From assembly GCA_964489875.1 (NCBI GenBank), contig CAZAZW010000001.1, positions 310,337 to 374,336 on the forward strand: a stretch of 64,000 bases of DNA, in the 5' to 3' direction. This DNA is from an uncultured Gammaproteobacteria bacterium (GTDB lineage Bacteria; Patescibacteriota; Microgenomatia; Daviesbacterales; UBA10151). Below are positions 61,840-64,000 of the stretch, piece by piece. Under the pieces are notes generated by a model that did no database searches, was not told the origin of the DNA, and worked only from the letters and a program-made list of their open reading frames with translations. Position numbers and translations under genes: made by a program. Positions within the stretch are counted from its first letter, which is position 1; the number at the start of each line of letters is the position of its first letter.

Positions 61840-62074
61840 CTTAAAGGATTTAACCGGACCAAAAAGGCAAAAAGAGCTGGTGCTGCCGCGCCACATTGCG
61901 ATGTATATACTCTCAGAAGAACTAAGGCTAACGGTAGAAAAAATCGGACAAGTACTGGGGGGCAGAGATCACACCACAGTCATGCACGGTAGGGATAAAA
62001 TGAAACAACTGATTAATAAGGACCGGGAAGTACAACGGATGTTTATCGAAGTAAAACAGAAAATAATGAGTTAG
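61772..62074 (+). pseudogene. dnaA: DnaA domain IV in the +1 frame (frame-shifted continuation of dnaA)
   Basis: The frame is open from 61772: ...KQVLSVICSFFDVSLKDLTGPKRQKELVLPRHIAMYILSEELRLTVEKIGQVLGGRDHTTVMHGRDKM. The ORF track shows only the GTG-initiated 64 aa from 61880. Confidence 0.8.
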
Positions 62075-62249
62075 ACTTTATCCACCAGATAAAGTTATTT
62101 ATCCACAATTTATCCACCATTTTTAAACAAGCATTTAACACGAAAATTTACCAAAAAGTGAACCGGAAATCTTTAGTTACCAACAAATCCACAGACTATA
62201 TTATTACTACTATTGTTTAATAAATTGTGTAGTATAATCGAACATACTT
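62075..62249. other. oriC part 2: DnaA-box cluster between dnaA and the next gene
   Basis: TTATCCACC at 62078-62086, perfect TTATCCACA at 62099-62107, TTATCCACC at 62110-62118, AAATCCACA at 62185-62193, TGTGGACAA at 62249-62257. AT-rich stretch at 62119-62160. Confidence 0.7.
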
Positions 62250-62708
62250 GTGGACAAGTATAACTTACTTTTTATTGGAATAATTATTCTTCTTTTAATA
62301 ATCACTTATTTAATTGGCAGGTTACATGGAAGAAAACCAACTGATATTCCGACTGATTTAATTGATCTTTATAAAGGGGTACAGGATTTACCTGCAAAAG
62401 TATTACAAGCTATACAAGGATCAATCAATCCACAAAAGGGTAAAATGGCAGAACTGCTGACTTATGCCGAACTTCGCTATGATTATGACCGGATTATTCC
62501 ACTTGGCTGGCCGATTGATTTTATCGGAATCAAAAATAATGAGCGGATTGACTTTATTGAAGTAAAATCCGGAGTAGCTCACCTCTTGACAGATGAAGAA
62601 AAACACATTAAAAACCTTATTGCGGCAGGACGGGTTAATTTTAGATTGATTAAGGTGAGCGAAGATGAGGTCCAAAGGTTTGTATCTGCCAGAAAGGAAT
62701 CGGACTGA
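62250..62708 (+). CDS. Membrane-anchored PD-(D/E)xK endonuclease-like protein (archaeal Hjc-related type, tentative)
   Basis: GTG start. N-terminal TM helix LLFIGIIILLLIITYLIG. KGKMAELLTYAEL...PIDFIGIKNNERIDFIEVKSG (D...E-x-K). Confidence 0.45.
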   Translation: MDKYNLLFIGIIILLLIITYLIGRLHGRKPTDIPTDLIDLYKGVQDLPAKVLQAIQGSINPQKGKMAELLTYAELRYDYDRIIPLGWPIDFIGIKNNERIDFIEVKSGVAHLLTDEEKHIKNLIAAGRVNFRLIKVSEDEVQRFVSARKESD

Positions 62709-62759
62709 GTGAAGAGAAATTATAATCTCTTATTAATTTCTCTAAACGAAGGAGATCGC

Positions 62760-62792
62760 TTGCAAAAATTGCGGATAAGCAATTTTTGACAA
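62760..62792. promoter_or_regulatory. DnaA-box-like site embedded in a palindrome upstream of dnaN
   Basis: ttgcaaaaattgc-GGATAA-gcaatttttgacaa. TGCGGATAA (62770-62778) has 1 mismatch to TGTGGATAA. Confidence 0.45.
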
Positions 62793-62802
62793 GGGAAAAG
62801 CT

Positions 62803-63903
62803 ATGAAGTTTACAGTTTTACAGCAAGATTTACTGCCGCCGCTTCAGGCAGTAGCCAGATCTGTTGGCATTAGGTCGACTTTGCCGGTTTTAGACAATGT
62901 ATTATTATCTCTTGAAGATAAGAAATTAAAAATCGCTGCCACTAATTTAGAGATCGGAGTGGTTAAGTATGTCAATGTAGAGATAGAGGCGCCTGGTGAA
63001 ATTACTGTTCCTGCCAAAACTTTAGTTGAGCTGATTTCCGGTTTAGGGCAAAACAAAGTGAGTTTGACTGCAGAAAGCGAGGTTTTAACTGTGCAGTCAG
63101 GTAAATTTAAGGCCAGTGTTAACGGTATAGCTGCAGCCGAGTTTCCGGCTATTCCTATGTCCGAAGATAAAGGAATAAGTTTTCCTAAAGAAGCTTTTTT
63201 AACTTCCTCACAAATCCTTTTTGCCTCAGCCTCTGATGAAGGCAGGCCGGTTTTAACCGGAATCCTGACTGAGGTTTCCAACGGCAAGTTAGATTTTGTG
63301 GCTACTGATGGATTTAGACTGGCCCACCGGCAGGTAGATTTACCAAAAGACACGGCACAGTTTAAAAGTTTAATCCCCAGAAGGACTTTTGAAGAGCTGC
63401 ATCGGCTGATTTCGGAGGAAGAAATTGAAGAAGTGAGTATTGCCACCAGTGAAAACCAAAACCAAGTGGTATTTAATCTGGGGAGCACTCTGATTTCGTC
63501 CAGGCTAATTGAGGGACAATTTCCGGCCTGGGGAAAGATTATACCGGAGAAAATTGTGGCGCGGGCCTTAGTGGAAAAAGATGAACTGTTAAAGGGAGTT
63601 AAACTAGCAGCTATTTTTGCCAAAAATGAGGCTAATGTGGTAGTTTTAACCACCAAAAAGGGATTGTTGAAGCTGGAATCTCATGCTAAAGAGTTAGGCA
63701 GTCAGGAAAACGAGGTTGAAGGAGAAATAGATGGAGAAGAACTTAAAATTGCTTTTAATACCAAATTTTTACTGGATGCACTATCAAATGCTCCTTCTTC
63801 GCAGATAATGATGGAGTTTTCCGGAGCCTTATCTGCTGCTTTGATAAAACCAGTCGGGGTGGTGGGTTTAGAGTATATTGTAATGCCAGTGAGACTTAGT
63901 TAA
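62803..63903 (+). CDS. dnaN: DNA polymerase III beta sliding clamp
   Basis: MKFTVLQQDLL...ATNLEIG...ATDGFRLA...; 366 aa, immediately downstream of the origin region. Confidence 0.9.
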   Translation: MKFTVLQQDLLPPLQAVARSVGIRSTLPVLDNVLLSLEDKKLKIAATNLEIGVVKYVNVEIEAPGEITVPAKTLVELISGLGQNKVSLTAESEVLTVQSGKFKASVNGIAAAEFPAIPMSEDKGISFPKEAFLTSSQILFASASDEGRPVLTGILTEVSNGKLDFVATDGFRLAHRQVDLPKDTAQFKSLIPRRTFEELHRLISEEEIEEVSIATSENQNQVVFNLGSTLISSRLIEGQFPAWGKIIPEKIVARALVEKDELLKGVKLAAIFAKNEANVVVLTTKKGLLKLESHAKELGSQENEVEGEIDGEELKIAFNTKFLLDALSNAPSSQIMMEFSGALSAALIKPVGVVGLEYIVMPVRLS

Positions 63904-64000
63904 ACTCCGCGATAAGTAATTGTTTTAAAATGGTAGATCTTTTCTTCTCCCCATCTGCCTACTCCATCAAATTTTGTTTCAGTCCCTATAAATAATGTAT
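63900..64000 (-). CDS. 3' end of a convergent ORF running off the window (product unknown)
   Basis: The minus-strand frame is open from the window edge: ...TLFIGTETKFDGVGRWGEEKIYHFKTITYRGV*. The stop overlaps the dnaN stop. Confidence 0.25.
   Translation of the reverse strand, partial: TLFIGTETKFDGVGRWGEEKIYHFKTITYRGV

Noticed and set aside
62844-63656. A 270-aa minus-strand ORF inside dnaN.
   Set aside because: It is entirely antisense to a well-supported dnaN. Its S/L/K/T-rich low-complexity translation is typical of a mirror-frame artefact.

Overview
This 64-kb chromosomal segment comes from a small-genome, moderately AT-rich bacterium. Its gene content and protein architecture look like Candidate Phyla Radiation/Patescibacteria, possibly Microgenomates-like; that placement is inference only. 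All calls were made by eye from the sequence and ORF track, with no searches. The window contains the replication-origin neighbourhood: rpmH-rnpA-yidD-yidC-jag on the minus strand, and dnaA and dnaN on the plus strand, with DnaA-box clusters. Housekeeping genes include tpiA, trxA, pcrA, sbcDC, metG, tatD, groES/groEL with a CIRCE operator, murB, ahcY, tsaD, valS and rplY. Cell-envelope genes are abundant: LCP, FemX, GT2, WecA/MraY-like GT4, UbiA-type phosphoribosyltransferase, Wzx, O-antigen ligase, an epimerase-DUF4012 fusion, M23, G5/3D and VanW. There are several small accessory islets: a DUF4258/DUF2283 pair with Cys-rich surface proteins; a nucleotidyltransferase, a HEPN-like ORF and HicAB; orphan genes flanking valS; and a ~1036-aa metzincin-like surface protein. 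I saw no rRNA, tRNA, CRISPR array, transposase or integrase. Six signals stand out. (1) At least nine short tandem arrays of 7-nt units, each with a different unit sequence, sit in-frame inside conserved genes. (2) Two families of GC-rich, hairpin-capable mini-elements are inserted in-frame into ORFs in both orientations, which resembles Rickettsia palindromic elements. (3) dnaA is split by a frame change between its AAA+ and DNA-binding domains. (4) A membrane-anchored PD-(D/E)xK nuclease-like gene lies between dnaA and dnaN, surrounded by DnaA boxes embedded in palindromes. (5) An unknown ORF exactly fills the groES-groEL spacer. (6) A promoter, alternative-hairpin and terminator leader precedes an orphan two-gene unit.
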